This document shows positions 1 to 9,687 of a DNA stretch of 64,000 nt, one piece after another. Origin of the DNA: Candidatus Izemoplasmataceae bacterium (lineage in GTDB: Bacteria; Bacillota_I; Bacilli_A; Izemoplasmatales; Izemoplasmataceae); contig JBKHEA010000004.1 in NCBI GenBank assembly GCA_046541015.1, positions 1 through 64,000 on the forward strand, in the 5' to 3' direction. The notes beneath the pieces were generated by a model. The model had not been told where the DNA came from and ran no database searches. It worked only from the letters and a program-made list of their open reading frames with translations. The translations under genes and the position numbers were made by a program. The first letter of the stretch is position 1, and every line of letters starts with the position of its first letter.

Positions 1-9
1 CGTAAATTC

Positions 10-59
10 TGCAAAGGGTGCGTAATTGTATTAAAATAGGTCATGCAACCCATATTGAA
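10..59 (+). repeat. Left copy of a ~50-bp imperfect direct repeat with promoter-like architecture (CTGCAA -35, 17-bp spacer, TAAAAT -10). The right copy is at 1891-1940.
   Basis: tGCAAAGggtgcGTAAtTGTATTAAAATAGgTCATgCAAcCCAtaTTgA aligns with cGCAAAGaaaGTAAatTTGTATTAAAATAGcTCATaCAAtCCAagTTcA at 1891-1940, about 75% identity. Both copies have hexamers at 17-bp spacing. Confidence 0.5.
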
Positions 60-68
60 ATCATAGGT

Positions 69-86
69 TTGATACAATTGTATCAA
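69..86. promoter_or_regulatory. Perfect 18-bp palindrome TTGATACAATTGTATCAA; candidate operator for AbiEi autoregulation
   Basis: Exact inverted repeat read directly. It sits just downstream of the promoter-like repeat and about 100 bp upstream of the abiEi start. AbiEi-type antitoxins are known autorepressors that bind inverted repeats. Confidence 0.35.
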
Positions 87-189
87 GCCTTTTTTCTTAT
101 CCTTAAGTGATGTTTGTTTTTAAAACTCAAATAACATTTGTATATTTGTCGCAAAAAGTATATAATAATTACGACAAAGGAGTGGTAAT

Positions 190-798
190 ATGAATAATGA
201 TAACTCAATTGCTGAAAGAATAAAGAAAGAGACTAAACAAAAAAAGCTCAACACTTTCACAGCGAAAGACTTCATTGAATTAGGGAATATAAAGACAATC
301 AATAAAAATCTTGAAAGAATGGAGAAAAACAAAGATATAAGGCGTATTATTTCAGGTGTTTATGATATTCCTGAGTATAGTACAATTTTAAGAGAATATG
401 GAGCTCCATCTATTAATGAAGTCGCTCAGGCATTAGCTAGAGCACACAACTGGAAAATATGTCCAAGTGGTACAAGTGCATTAAATTATCTTGGATTATC
501 AACACAAGTGCCAGCGCAGTACATATATGTTAGTTCTGGTCCATATAAGACATATTCAATCGGAAGTACTAAACTAATATTTAAACATACCAATAATCGA
601 CTGATGTATGATACATCTGAAGATACAGCAATATTGATTCAGGCCATCAAGGCTCTTGGCAGAGGGAATATTACAAAGATTCACAAAAATAAGATTCAAG
701 AGAAATATGATGGATCTACAATTAAAAGGATCTTAAAGGAATCAAAACATTCTGCTGCGTGGATCTACGAGTCGATCAGAAAGATTTTTGAGGTGTAG
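190..798 (+). CDS. abiEi: AbiEi-family antitoxin / transcriptional regulator of a type IV TA system (wHTH N-domain)
   Basis: 202 aa. The N-terminal pattern ...FTAKDFIELGNIKTINKNLERMEKNKDIRRIISGVYDIP... is typical of AbiEi_4 domains. It ends 2 bp before an AbiEii-like NTase gene. Confidence 0.65.
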   Translation: MNNDNSIAERIKKETKQKKLNTFTAKDFIELGNIKTINKNLERMEKNKDIRRIISGVYDIPEYSTILREYGAPSINEVAQALARAHNWKICPSGTSALNYLGLSTQVPAQYIYVSSGPYKTYSIGSTKLIFKHTNNRLMYDTSEDTAILIQAIKALGRGNITKIHKNKIQEKYDGSTIKRILKESKHSAAWIYESIRKIFEV

Positions 799-800
799 TC

Positions 801-1796
801 ATGTATAATTTAGCCAAACTAAAAAATAGAGATCGTGAACTGATATTTAGAAACACAGCTAGTAAAATGAAAATCAATGAAGCGATTATTTAAAAGGACT
901 TTTGGGTTGTATTAGTACTTGATTACCTATTCAATAAATCGAAGTTTAAGAAAGCATTCACATTCAAAGGTGGGACCAGTTTATCAAAAGGATATTCCCT
1001 AATCAGAAGATTTTCAGAAGATATTGATTTGATACTAGATTGGACCGTTATTGGTATTCCTGAAAATGAACCATATGAGCATAGAAGCAATACTCAACAA
1101 AACATATACAATCAAGTAATCAACCAGAAAGCATCAATATTTATAAAAAACACCCTGCTCGATGAAATCAAAACAGGACTAAGTGATTTGCTAGGATTTG
1201 ATGTGGATATGGAATGCGATAAAACTGAGGAAAACATAATCGTTTTTAAGTATCCAAGGTTATATAGTAATGATTCAATCTTAAATACGATAAGACTCGA
1301 GTTTGGACCACTAGCAGCCTGGACACCATCAGAGGTTATTAGGGTGAGTCCATACATCGATGATTATTACCCTAACGTCATGAACCAATCATTTTCAGAA
1401 GTGCTTACCGTGAAACCAACTAGAACGTTTTGGGAGAAAGCAACAATACTTCATCATGAGGCATATCGTCCGAGCTCATCAAAGATTCCTGACCGATATT
1501 CACGACATTACTATGATTTGTATATGATGTCAAAAGGTATGCCGTTAGATGGTCTGCTAGAAGATATTGATCTCCTTGATAAAGTAGTTGAATTTAAAAA
1601 GAAATTCTATCCAAGAGGATGGGCAAGATATGATTTATCTAAGAAAGGAACATTAAAACTTGTTCCTGATATGTATCGCATAGATGAACTTGAAAAAGAT
1701 TATAAAGCAATGCAAGATATGCTATTTGGGGATAAGCCCTTATTTGATGAGGTAATGGATTCTCTTAGGAAATTAGAAAAACAAATCAACTCTTGA
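801..1796 (+). pseudogene. abiEii: AbiEii/AbiGii-family nucleotidyltransferase toxin, interrupted by an in-frame TAA at 891-893
   Basis: ATG 801 and the long ORF 1029..1796 are in the same frame. One TAA at 891-893 separates MYNLAKLKNRDRELIFRNTASKMKINEAII* from KDFWVVLVLDYLFNKSKFKKAFTFKGGTSLSKGYSLIRRFSEDIDLILDW..., which carries the AbiEii GS/DxD nucleotidyltransferase motif. That motif lies upstream of the only downstream start (TTG 1029). Confidence 0.65.
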
Positions 1797-1890
1797 TACA
1801 AGCATCAGATAGTAGGTGATGATGAACCGAGTTTGAATGCAACCAAACCTTTGCGACCATGATATGACAATAATTTATTAGATGGAGTAT

Positions 1891-1940
1891 CGCAAAGAAA
1901 GTAAATTTGTATTAAAATAGCTCATACAATCCAAGTTCAC
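1891..1940 (+). repeat. Right copy of the ~50-bp promoter-like direct repeat flanking the AbiE cassette
   Basis: See 10-59. This copy is followed immediately by a terminator, so it is an orphan. Confidence 0.5.
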
Positions 1941-1946
1941 TTTAAA

Positions 1947-1977
1947 AGTTTATTTCCGTAGAAATAAACTTTTTTTT
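1947..1977 (+). terminator. Rho-independent terminator (agtttatttc-cgta-gaaataaact + T7)
   Basis: 10-bp stem, 4-nt loop and a T-run, read directly. Confidence 0.55.
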
Positions 1978-2050
1978 ATTACTTAATTTCTTTGTTAAAC
2001 GGGTGGGTTAATTATTCTATTCTCTTGAAAATTACCCCTTTTGATTGAAC

Positions 2051-2100
2051 TTGAAAAAATAAAAAAGTAGAAACTAATGTTTCAATAGTTTCTACTTTTT
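2051..2100. terminator. Bidirectional terminator (A-run, gtagaaacta / tagtttctac stem, T-run) downstream of the minus-strand lipoprotein gene
   Basis: Perfect 10-bp inverted repeat flanked by A- and T-runs. Confidence 0.6.
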
Positions 2101-2131
2101 AGTCTTCTTACTTTTAAACCTAGATGAATCG

Positions 2132-3739
2132 CTATTCATCTAACTCACTTAATGGTACAAAATAGTCCGCATATTGTTGCCACCACATATCCTCTTCGTA
2201 ATCTATCATTAATTCATCAGGAATATAGATTTCTAATGCCTCAGTCATCTTTATATTTATAGCAGGTGCATGAATAACATTTGTTTCGTTACGGATGATA
2301 AACGTTTCTAAAGTACCTTCACGCTGAAAAAAGTTACCGGCAAAAATAAAGTCTACCGTGCTTGCAATATCAGCTGTAACGAGGGACTTAAGATAGATAA
2401 ACGCATTATCTGAAATGGTTTGTACACCCTCAGAAATAATGATATTTTCCAAATATTGTTGATTCATAAAAGCTAAATCGTCAATGATTGTAACGCTTGG
2501 AATGATTGTATGAGTTGTTGCATCTTTTCCAGCAGGATAGGCTAATAAGGTGGATTCATCTTTACTATAAACTATCCCATCATGTACCGTGTAGTATGGG
2601 TTTTCTTCCTCAACCATAATATCCTTTAGACCTGTAAGATAGGCAAATGCCCCTTCATCAAATGAAAGTGAATCATGTATAGTAATGGTTTGAGTTTTAC
2701 TACCAAAGAAGGCCCATGTGCTGATATGATTAATATGATTTGGAATAACAAAGTCTTCTGTCAATAAACCACTAGGATAATAGAGTAAGCTTTCTGTTTC
2801 TTTATCATATATAACACCGTTATCAGAATAAATAAAGGGGTTATTTTCTATGTAGACTGTTTCTAAATTAGGGATACCTTCGAAAATTTCAGATTCAAAG
2901 AAGCTGTACTTATCAGGAAGCGTTATAGTAGTTAATTGCTCACTCCCTATAAATGGTGTAATCCCTATACGTTGATTTAGTGACATTATAGGCGCTTCAC
3001 TTGCTGGTTGTTCGACATGATAAGAGAAATAAACGTTGCCATCTGGTCCATTTATTGGATCAGTTTTTTCTGTTACTTTAGTTATTGGACAGCCCGTTTC
3101 AAAGATCCAAGGATTTGTTTCAGTAGGGTCTTCATCCATATTTGTTGACTGACAAACTTCATGGGATTCGATAATTTCATCAAAGACATCTTTATTTATG
3201 ACACTTTCTACAGTACCTAAATATTCACCGTAATAATGAACTTCTTTTAAGTTTGGCATATTACTAAATGATTTCATTCCAATGTTATACACGGTTAAAG
3301 GAATATCGACTCGAACTGGATTTGTTTCACTAAAGGCTTCAATGCCAATGAAACGTACAATATAATCATCAATTGTATGCGGTATTTTAACTCGAGATGC
3401 ATGCCCATTATAATTAAGAATACTAACCACTTTTTCTTCTTCGTTAAACTCTAGTTCTAAAACATCATTAAACGATTCAAAGACAGGGGTTAATGTCACA
3501 TTTTCTTTTACAATGTACGTGGTATCATGTATCACGCCCGATGGGTCTTCCCAACCTAATAAAAACCCGTTTTCAGTTTCTAAAAAGGGTAAATCTATGG
3601 TCTCATCTTTTTCTGCCACTACGGAATCAAGCGTTTCATCATCGAATGTAACTGTGTAAGGCCCTTCGTCTAATTCATCACAACTTGACATGGTGAATGC
3701 TAGTGATAATAAACCAATCCATAATAGTATCTTTTTCAT
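2132..3739 (-). CDS. Surface lipoprotein with BspA-type leucine-rich repeats
   Basis: Lipobox ...LLSLAFTMSSC. Repeated I-x-IP-x-SV-x-x-IG-x-x-AF motifs (e.g. VFIPSHINHISTWAFFGS, IIPSVTIIDDLAFMNQQYLENI) are typical of BspA-like LRR surface proteins. Confidence 0.55.
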   Translation of the reverse strand: MKKILLWIGLLSLAFTMSSCDELDEGPYTVTFDDETLDSVVAEKDETIDLPFLETENGFLLGWEDPSGVIHDTTYIVKENVTLTPVFESFNDVLELEFNEEEKVVSILNYNGHASRVKIPHTIDDYIVRFIGIEAFSETNPVRVDIPLTVYNIGMKSFSNMPNLKEVHYYGEYLGTVESVINKDVFDEIIESHEVCQSTNMDEDPTETNPWIFETGCPITKVTEKTDPINGPDGNVYFSYHVEQPASEAPIMSLNQRIGITPFIGSEQLTTITLPDKYSFFESEIFEGIPNLETVYIENNPFIYSDNGVIYDKETESLLYYPSGLLTEDFVIPNHINHISTWAFFGSKTQTITIHDSLSFDEGAFAYLTGLKDIMVEEENPYYTVHDGIVYSKDESTLLAYPAGKDATTHTIIPSVTIIDDLAFMNQQYLENIIISEGVQTISDNAFIYLKSLVTADIASTVDFIFAGNFFQREGTLETFIIRNETNVIHAPAINIKMTEALEIYIPDELMIDYEEDMWWQQYADYFVPLSELDE

Positions 3740-3968
3740 AAACGTCTCCTTTTAGCAAAATTTAATGTAATAATGCTTTTTTAACTGTAAACTCCTTAGA
3801 TATTATCAAGTAATATCACTTTGTTAGTATTATTGTATGCAATTATTAACGACATCATTAATAGTATACCATAGATATTAATGGGTTATCAAATAAAGAT
3901 TAGATAGATGAGCATACCCCTAAGCATTAGATATTTTTGTTGGTATAAAGTTTAGTGAATAGATTCAT

Positions 3969-4002
3969 AAAAAATACTAGATAATTAATAGCTTATCTAG
4001 TA
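3969..4002 (-). terminator. Rho-independent terminator for glsA (minus strand: uacuagauaa-8nt-uuaucuagua + U6)
   Basis: 10-bp inverted repeat tactagataa/ttatctagta, followed on the minus strand by a T-run. Confidence 0.5.
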
Positions 4003-4092
4003 CTTCCTCAATATTATAAATAATCGTGATTTTTCATAATTGATAAATTATAAAATAAATTACTTAAACCTTACTAAGCTAACTCACATTAT

Positions 4093-5013
4093 TTAAAATA
4101 TGTTTAAATCAAGGGCTTCAGATAATTTCTTAAGCACTTGCCAAGAAGCTACACTATTTCCTTTTTCATCAAGCGCAGGACTAAAACATCCAATACCATA
4201 ATGATTAGGTTTTATGGCAATGATTCCGCCTCCAACACCACTTTTTGCAGGTAAACCAACTTCAACAGCGAAATCACCACTTGCATCATACATACCACAT
4301 AACGTTAATACAGTCTTTACTATGCGCGCTGTTTTCTCAGAAAAGAGTTGTTCATGGTGGTCTAATGCTTTCCCCTTATTAGCAAGGACAGCCGCAAATC
4401 GCGCTAAATCTTTTGCGGTTACATCAACACTACAGAGTTTAAAATAAACATCAAGTAATCCCTCGATATCATCAAGTTCAATAATGTTTGTGCTTTTCAT
4501 AAAGTAAGCCAAGCTCTTATTACGATATCCTGTTTCTTTTTCTGAGGTAAAAACTGCATGGTTTATCGTTAATAATGGGTTGCTTGTCATGGCCATTATC
4601 ATACTAAAGATTCTTGCGAATTTCTCTTCTAAGGTTGCTCCTTTAACTAAAGAAATCGTCACAATTGCTCCTGAATTAATCATAGGATTTAAAGGTTTTT
4701 GTTTATTATGGGTTTCAAGCGCACCAATAGAATTAAAGCCTTCATTAGAAGGATAAAAACTAATTTTTTTAAGGAGTGTTTCAATCGTGTTATCTTCAAG
4801 CGCACAAATAAACGCTGCAACTTTTGAAATACTTTGAATTGTAAATGGAATGTCGGTATCACCAGCGCACTCTATTTTACCATGCGTATCACAAAGACAT
4901 ACCCCTAAATATGATGAGTTTTGATTCGATAGTTCTGGGATATAGGTTGCAACATTACCTTTTTTAGTGTAATGTCGACTTGATTCAATGATTTTTTCAA
5001 GCATTCGTTTCAT
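4093..5013 (-). CDS. glsA: Glutaminase A
   Basis: 306 aa; ...GKIECAGDTDIPFTIQSISKV... and ...SGVGGGIIAIKPN... are glutaminase family signatures (serine-hydrolase fold). Confidence 0.85.
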   Translation of the reverse strand: MKRMLEKIIESSRHYTKKGNVATYIPELSNQNSSYLGVCLCDTHGKIECAGDTDIPFTIQSISKVAAFICALEDNTIETLLKKISFYPSNEGFNSIGALETHNKQKPLNPMINSGAIVTISLVKGATLEEKFARIFSMIMAMTSNPLLTINHAVFTSEKETGYRNKSLAYFMKSTNIIELDDIEGLLDVYFKLCSVDVTAKDLARFAAVLANKGKALDHHEQLFSEKTARIVKTVLTLCGMYDASGDFAVEVGLPAKSGVGGGIIAIKPNHYGIGCFSPALDEKGNSVASWQVLKKLSEALDLNIF

Positions 5014-5199
5014 AAAAACCTCCTAGAAAACGCTTACTCAATCATTATAGCATACACCGCTATTCTAATGTATTGCTTAATTATAATTTAGTTCAATTTA
5101 TGACAGATGAAGTCAAAAAAAATAAAATTTTTCGTATTTTAAAGGAAAAAAACTTATACATAGGCTATAATGTTCTAAAAAGGAACAAAGGAGATTATC

Positions 5200-5433
5200 A
5201 TGAAAAAACAAACCTTCATTGAAATATGGGGCGATGTCGTTGAGGCAAGAAGCCTTTTATATTCAATTTTAATTATTACATTTACAACACTTGGGGCTCA
5301 TCTCTTAGCGCCTGCGGGTGATCGCACGCTAGGTCTTTTTTTTGGACTTGGTGGGGCAGTAATAGGCTTTTTAATCGTAGTCTTTTTCATCAAGCCTAAA
5401 CGTATTATTAAAGATGAGGAGGAAGTTAAGTGA
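5200..5433 (+). CDS. Small two-TM membrane protein, TctB-like partner of the downstream permease
   Basis: 77 aa, hydrophobic; its stop overlaps the permease GTG start (GTGA). Confidence 0.4.
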   Translation: MKKQTFIEIWGDVVEARSLLYSILIITFTTLGAHLLAPAGDRTLGLFFGLGGAVIGFLIVVFFIKPKRIIKDEEEVK

Positions 5434-6797
5434 TTACCTTACCGATTTTTTTACTAATGATTTTAGCCGCAATTGGTGCGGTAATTTTATATACCTTTAT
5501 TGGATTTATACCAGGGACTGATGAGACAAGTGTTTTACTTCCTATATCGCTTGCGCTTGTGTTGACTGGATTAGACCCTATTGTTATTTTAACGTTCTTT
5601 ATCGCAGCGATTGTGACACTGAATTTAACAAACAGTATGCCAACCGCACTAGTTGGTCTACCGGGTGGGGTGATGAGTAGCCCGATGATTGAACATGCGA
5701 TAACTATTAAAAATCAAGGTAAAAGTGCATTTATTATTCAAAAAATGGCAGCGGCTAGTGCGATTGGGGTTTTAGTCAGTGTGCCGATTGCTTTAATAAT
5801 CGCTAACTTAATTATTCCTTTTGCTGAAGGAATTAGAACGTATGCAGCTTATTTATTCGTAATTGGCGCTGTTTTCTTATCGCTTACTAGCAAACATAAA
5901 GTCATTGCATTATTATCAATTATTCCTTTATCACTACTATTCCAAAGTTTAAGACATTTATATTGGGGTATTGGTATAATACCCCAAACACAAACCGTTA
6001 CCATTTCCTTTTTCTTAGGGATTACGGTAGGCCCACTGCTTGTAAGTTTATTTAAACTTTTAAATAAAACAAGCTTAAAAGAAGTAGAAGTTCGCGATAA
6101 AAAACTGATTATTTTACCTAGTGAACAAAGTAGAAAAGATACCTTAAATCCCTTTAAAATTTTAACTAAAGAAGAAAGACGTTATGCATCCCTTAGTGCA
6201 CTTATTGTCAACTTTTTATTCGTGCTTAGTCCAGTTGGTCTAACGATTTTAATTGGAGAAGGGATTGGAAACCGTTTTAAAAGTGATCCTTTTAAACGTT
6301 CTACAATGAGTATGACGAGCATGTCAAGTATTATTCAAGCTACTTATATGTCAGGGATTGTAATTCCTTTATTAGCTTTAGGAATTGCATTAAGTCCTGT
6401 AGCGATTGGACCAGGTGGTGCTTTATTTAATGCCCCACCAATATTAACCTTAGATAACAACATTCACCATATACTAAATGGTTTTGAGTTTAGTGTTGCG
6501 GTCATTTTAGGGGCAACGATTGCCTTAGTAATGAGTTATATCTTAATCTCACGCTACGCAAAAACGATAACGAAGTTTATTTTAAAATACATCCCTCACG
6601 AAGCGGTACTGGGTCTTTTTATTGCGTTTATCATTTTACTAGCTTATATGGATGCAGGGCTTATTAATATTTTTGGTGTCTTGCTTGTTGGCTTTGTGAG
6701 TGGGTCATTAAATAAACTTGGTGTTAATTATGGGGTTCAGTTTATGGCACTTTATGCAGCGCCAACTATTGTTAACTTCTTTATAGGAGTCTTTTAA
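5430..6797 (+). CDS. TctA-family (DUF112) carboxylate permease large subunit
   Basis: 455 aa polytopic. The repeated G-x-x-PG...LLP motifs (GFIPGTDETSVLLPISL; VGLPGGVMSSP...AASAIG) match the internal repeats of TctA. A strong AGGAGG ribosome-binding site sits upstream. Its stop overlaps the mvk ATG (TAATG). Confidence 0.6.
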   Translation: MITLPIFLLMILAAIGAVILYTFIGFIPGTDETSVLLPISLALVLTGLDPIVILTFFIAAIVTLNLTNSMPTALVGLPGGVMSSPMIEHAITIKNQGKSAFIIQKMAAASAIGVLVSVPIALIIANLIIPFAEGIRTYAAYLFVIGAVFLSLTSKHKVIALLSIIPLSLLFQSLRHLYWGIGIIPQTQTVTISFFLGITVGPLLVSLFKLLNKTSLKEVEVRDKKLIILPSEQSRKDTLNPFKILTKEERRYASLSALIVNFLFVLSPVGLTILIGEGIGNRFKSDPFKRSTMSMTSMSSIIQATYMSGIVIPLLALGIALSPVAIGPGGALFNAPPILTLDNNIHHILNGFEFSVAVILGATIALVMSYILISRYAKTITKFILKYIPHEAVLGLFIAFIILLAYMDAGLINIFGVLLVGFVSGSLNKLGVNYGVQFMALYAAPTIVNFFIGVF

Positions 6798-7705
6798 TGA
6801 AAAAAGGTATAGGAAAAGCGCATGGCAAAATTATATTAGTTGGAGAGCATGCCGTCGTTTATGGCTATCCTGCGATTGCGATGCCTTTACTGAGTAGTCA
6901 AGTTAAAGTAATTCTTTCAAATAGTGAAAAAACCCTTATAAAAAGCGAATATTTTAATGGTAATGTGGCTGATTTAAGTGAAGCCTATGATCCCATAAAA
7001 GCGTTGATTCAAAAACTTTTAAATGATTTTTCAATGGAAGGCTGCAAGCTAGAAATAGAAACCAGTATTCCATTAAGCGCAGGACTTGGTTCAAGTGCTG
7101 CGATTGCAAGTGCGATTACTGAAGCATTTTTTGATTATCACCTTAAACCTTTAAGTCAACCAGAACGTTTTAATTATGTTCAATTTTCTGAAACTTTAGC
7201 TCATCAAAACCCAAGTGGGATTGATGCCTTGATTACCATGTCTAATACACCTATATTATTTAAAAAAGGAACCCCTTTTGAAGCTTTCCCATTTACATTG
7301 AAAAGTTACTTAGTTGTTGGCAATACTGGTGTAAAAGGAAGAACTAAAGAAGCTGTTAATCATATCGCAAAAACGATTGACTCAAGTGCTACAAAAAGTC
7401 TTATTGAACAACTTGGTATTTGTGCAACCGATGCATTAGCTGCCATTAATGAAGGCAATATCGATAAACTAGGGACACTTTTAACCTTAGCGCATCAAAC
7501 CTTGGATGCTTTAGGTGTATCGCATCCTTTATTAAATCAAATGGTTGAAGATAGTTTGTCAAATGGCGCAATTGGTGCTAAAATGACAGGTGGAGGCTTA
7601 GGTGGCTGTGTGATTGCCCTAACTAAGTCAAAAGAGATTGCATCAAACATCTTAACGAGTTGGGAATCATTTAGTGGAGAAAATGCCTTTATATTACCAA
7701 TTTAA
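6797..7705 (+). CDS. mvk: Mevalonate kinase
   Basis: GHMP kinase; GKIILVGEHAVVYG and PLSAGLGSSAAIASA ATP-binding motifs. Confidence 0.85.
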   Translation: MKKGIGKAHGKIILVGEHAVVYGYPAIAMPLLSSQVKVILSNSEKTLIKSEYFNGNVADLSEAYDPIKALIQKLLNDFSMEGCKLEIETSIPLSAGLGSSAAIASAITEAFFDYHLKPLSQPERFNYVQFSETLAHQNPSGIDALITMSNTPILFKKGTPFEAFPFTLKSYLVVGNTGVKGRTKEAVNHIAKTIDSSATKSLIEQLGICATDALAAINEGNIDKLGTLLTLAHQTLDALGVSHPLLNQMVEDSLSNGAIGAKMTGGGLGGCVIALTKSKEIASNILTSWESFSGENAFILPI

Positions 7706-7718
7706 ATGAGGGATTTTT

Positions 7719-8681
7719 ATGAAAGTCATTGCTAAAGCGCCAGTTAATATTGCCTTAGTGAAATATTTTGGAAAAAAAGATCCGATTAAGGTTATTCCTT
7801 ATAATCCATCGGTTTCTTTTGCGTTAGAAGACTTTTATACCATCACTTACTTAGAAAAAAAAGGGTCACCAGGGGTGTCTTTTACAATTAATGACCAAGT
7901 CCAACCAGAAGAAGAACACAAAAAAATTATTGATTTTTTACGTCATTTTAAAGGATTTAATCCCTATGATGGCTTACATATTAAATCGTTCAATAATGTC
8001 CCAACCGCTGCAGGCTTTGCCTCTAGTGCTTCAGGCTTTGCAGCCCTTAGTATTTGTGCAAATGCCTACTATAAGACAAACTATGATTTAAAAACACTCG
8101 TAAAAATCGCACGCATGGGCTCAGGCTCAAGTGTTCGTAGTTTAATAGGTGGGGCAGTTTTATGGGATGTTGATGGCATGATTTATCCTTTAGAAGCTAA
8201 TCTAAAAGCGTATAAAATGATGTTTGTTGTTCTTCATGATTCGCAAAAACCAATTAGCTCTAGAGCCGCTATGAAACGTGTCGTTGAAACATCGGCTTTA
8301 TATGAAACATTTGTTAAAACATCGTTTGAAGATGCCAAGTTGATGATTGAAGCATTAAAACAAGATCAATTTAATCTTATTGGCAAGATTTTAGAATCTA
8401 ATGCACGTTTAATGCATGCTACGATGGTTGCATCAAATCCGCCATTTTCATATTTAACCAAAGAAACCTATAAAGTTTTAGAGCTTGTTAAAGCCATGCA
8501 AGAAGAAGGCATTGCTTTATATGCCACTATGGATGCTGGACCAAATGTTAAATTACTTTATCAAAAAGAACTAGAAACGGTTATTTTAAAGCGCCTACAT
8601 GAAGAGGGTTTTACACATGTATTAACAAGCGCACTTTCTAAGGAAGGAGCGCGATTAATCAATGACTTCCCTAACCTTTAA
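7719..8681 (+). CDS. mvaD: Diphosphomevalonate decarboxylase
   Basis: APVNIALVKYFGKKD N-terminal signature and the GHMP fold. Confidence 0.9.
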   Translation: MKVIAKAPVNIALVKYFGKKDPIKVIPYNPSVSFALEDFYTITYLEKKGSPGVSFTINDQVQPEEEHKKIIDFLRHFKGFNPYDGLHIKSFNNVPTAAGFASSASGFAALSICANAYYKTNYDLKTLVKIARMGSGSSVRSLIGGAVLWDVDGMIYPLEANLKAYKMMFVVLHDSQKPISSRAAMKRVVETSALYETFVKTSFEDAKLMIEALKQDQFNLIGKILESNARLMHATMVASNPPFSYLTKETYKVLELVKAMQEEGIALYATMDAGPNVKLLYQKELETVILKRLHEEGFTHVLTSALSKEGARLINDFPNL

Positions 8682-9687
8682 ACGTCCAGGTAAACTTTAT
8701 TTAGCCGGCGAATATGCTGTTGTAAAAGGTAATTATGCAATTTTGTTTCCGACCAAAAAAACGATGGATTTAACGATTCAATCAAGCGATTATTTTTCAT
8801 TTGCTGGGGTGCCTTTTAAATTAAATGCTAAATTAGAAGTATCATTAGGTTTACCTTATGTGCAACAAGCCATTAACATAGCACATACTTATTTAGATCA
8901 AGAAGGTAAAACGATTAAGCCATATGCAATTGAAACTACCAATCATTTAGAAATTCCTAAAAAACCTAAACTTGGAATTGGAACAAGTGCTATGATTACG
9001 ATTTTGTTGATTGAAGCAATTCTTGGATTTCATGATGTTTCATTAGATACGCTTACCCTTTATAAACTTGGTGTATTAGCCCAAATTAATCATTATCCGG
9101 ATAGTTCATTTGGAGATTTAGCTCTTGTTGCATCAAGTGATTCAATAATCTATCAACCCTTTGAAGAACGCTTTAGAAAGCGTTTAATCAGTGAAGGTCT
9201 AAAAGTTTTAAAGTTACCGTGGCCAAATTTAACAATTAAAACCATTGATTTACTGAGTGTTCCAATGTTAATTATTCATACAAATGAAGCAGCATCAAGT
9301 TTATCCTTAGTTAAAAAGGTCATGAAATATGAAGATACGCTAGCTTTTATAGAATTTGCTAACCAATCAAATTTTTATGTAAACGCATTGATAAACGCTC
9401 AAAATAATCTTGAATTTATGGCAGTGATTAAAAAGTTAAATCACAATTTAAAAGCCCTAGAAACATTAACTAAAACAAAATTATTTACCAAAAATATGGT
9501 TGATATTGAAAAAATCATTCATGATTATCATGGGGTCTGTAAATTTTCAGGCGCTGGTGGTGGCGATTCAATGCTTGCCTTTTTCCCTGATGAAAAGACA
9601 AAGTTAAGTGCACAATTAGCGATTGAAAAATCATATCCTATACTAAATCATTTAATAATGGAGGATGACTATGAACAAAAAAGATGA
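8662..9687 (+). CDS. mvaK2: Phosphomevalonate kinase
   Basis: GKLYLAGEYAVV and KLGIGTSA GHMP motifs. It overlaps mvaD by 20 nt and fni by 17 nt. Confidence 0.8.
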   Translation: MTSLTFKRPGKLYLAGEYAVVKGNYAILFPTKKTMDLTIQSSDYFSFAGVPFKLNAKLEVSLGLPYVQQAINIAHTYLDQEGKTIKPYAIETTNHLEIPKKPKLGIGTSAMITILLIEAILGFHDVSLDTLTLYKLGVLAQINHYPDSSFGDLALVASSDSIIYQPFEERFRKRLISEGLKVLKLPWPNLTIKTIDLLSVPMLIIHTNEAASSLSLVKKVMKYEDTLAFIEFANQSNFYVNALINAQNNLEFMAVIKKLNHNLKALETLTKTKLFTKNMVDIEKIIHDYHGVCKFSGAGGGDSMLAFFPDEKTKLSAQLAIEKSYPILNHLIMEDDYEQKR

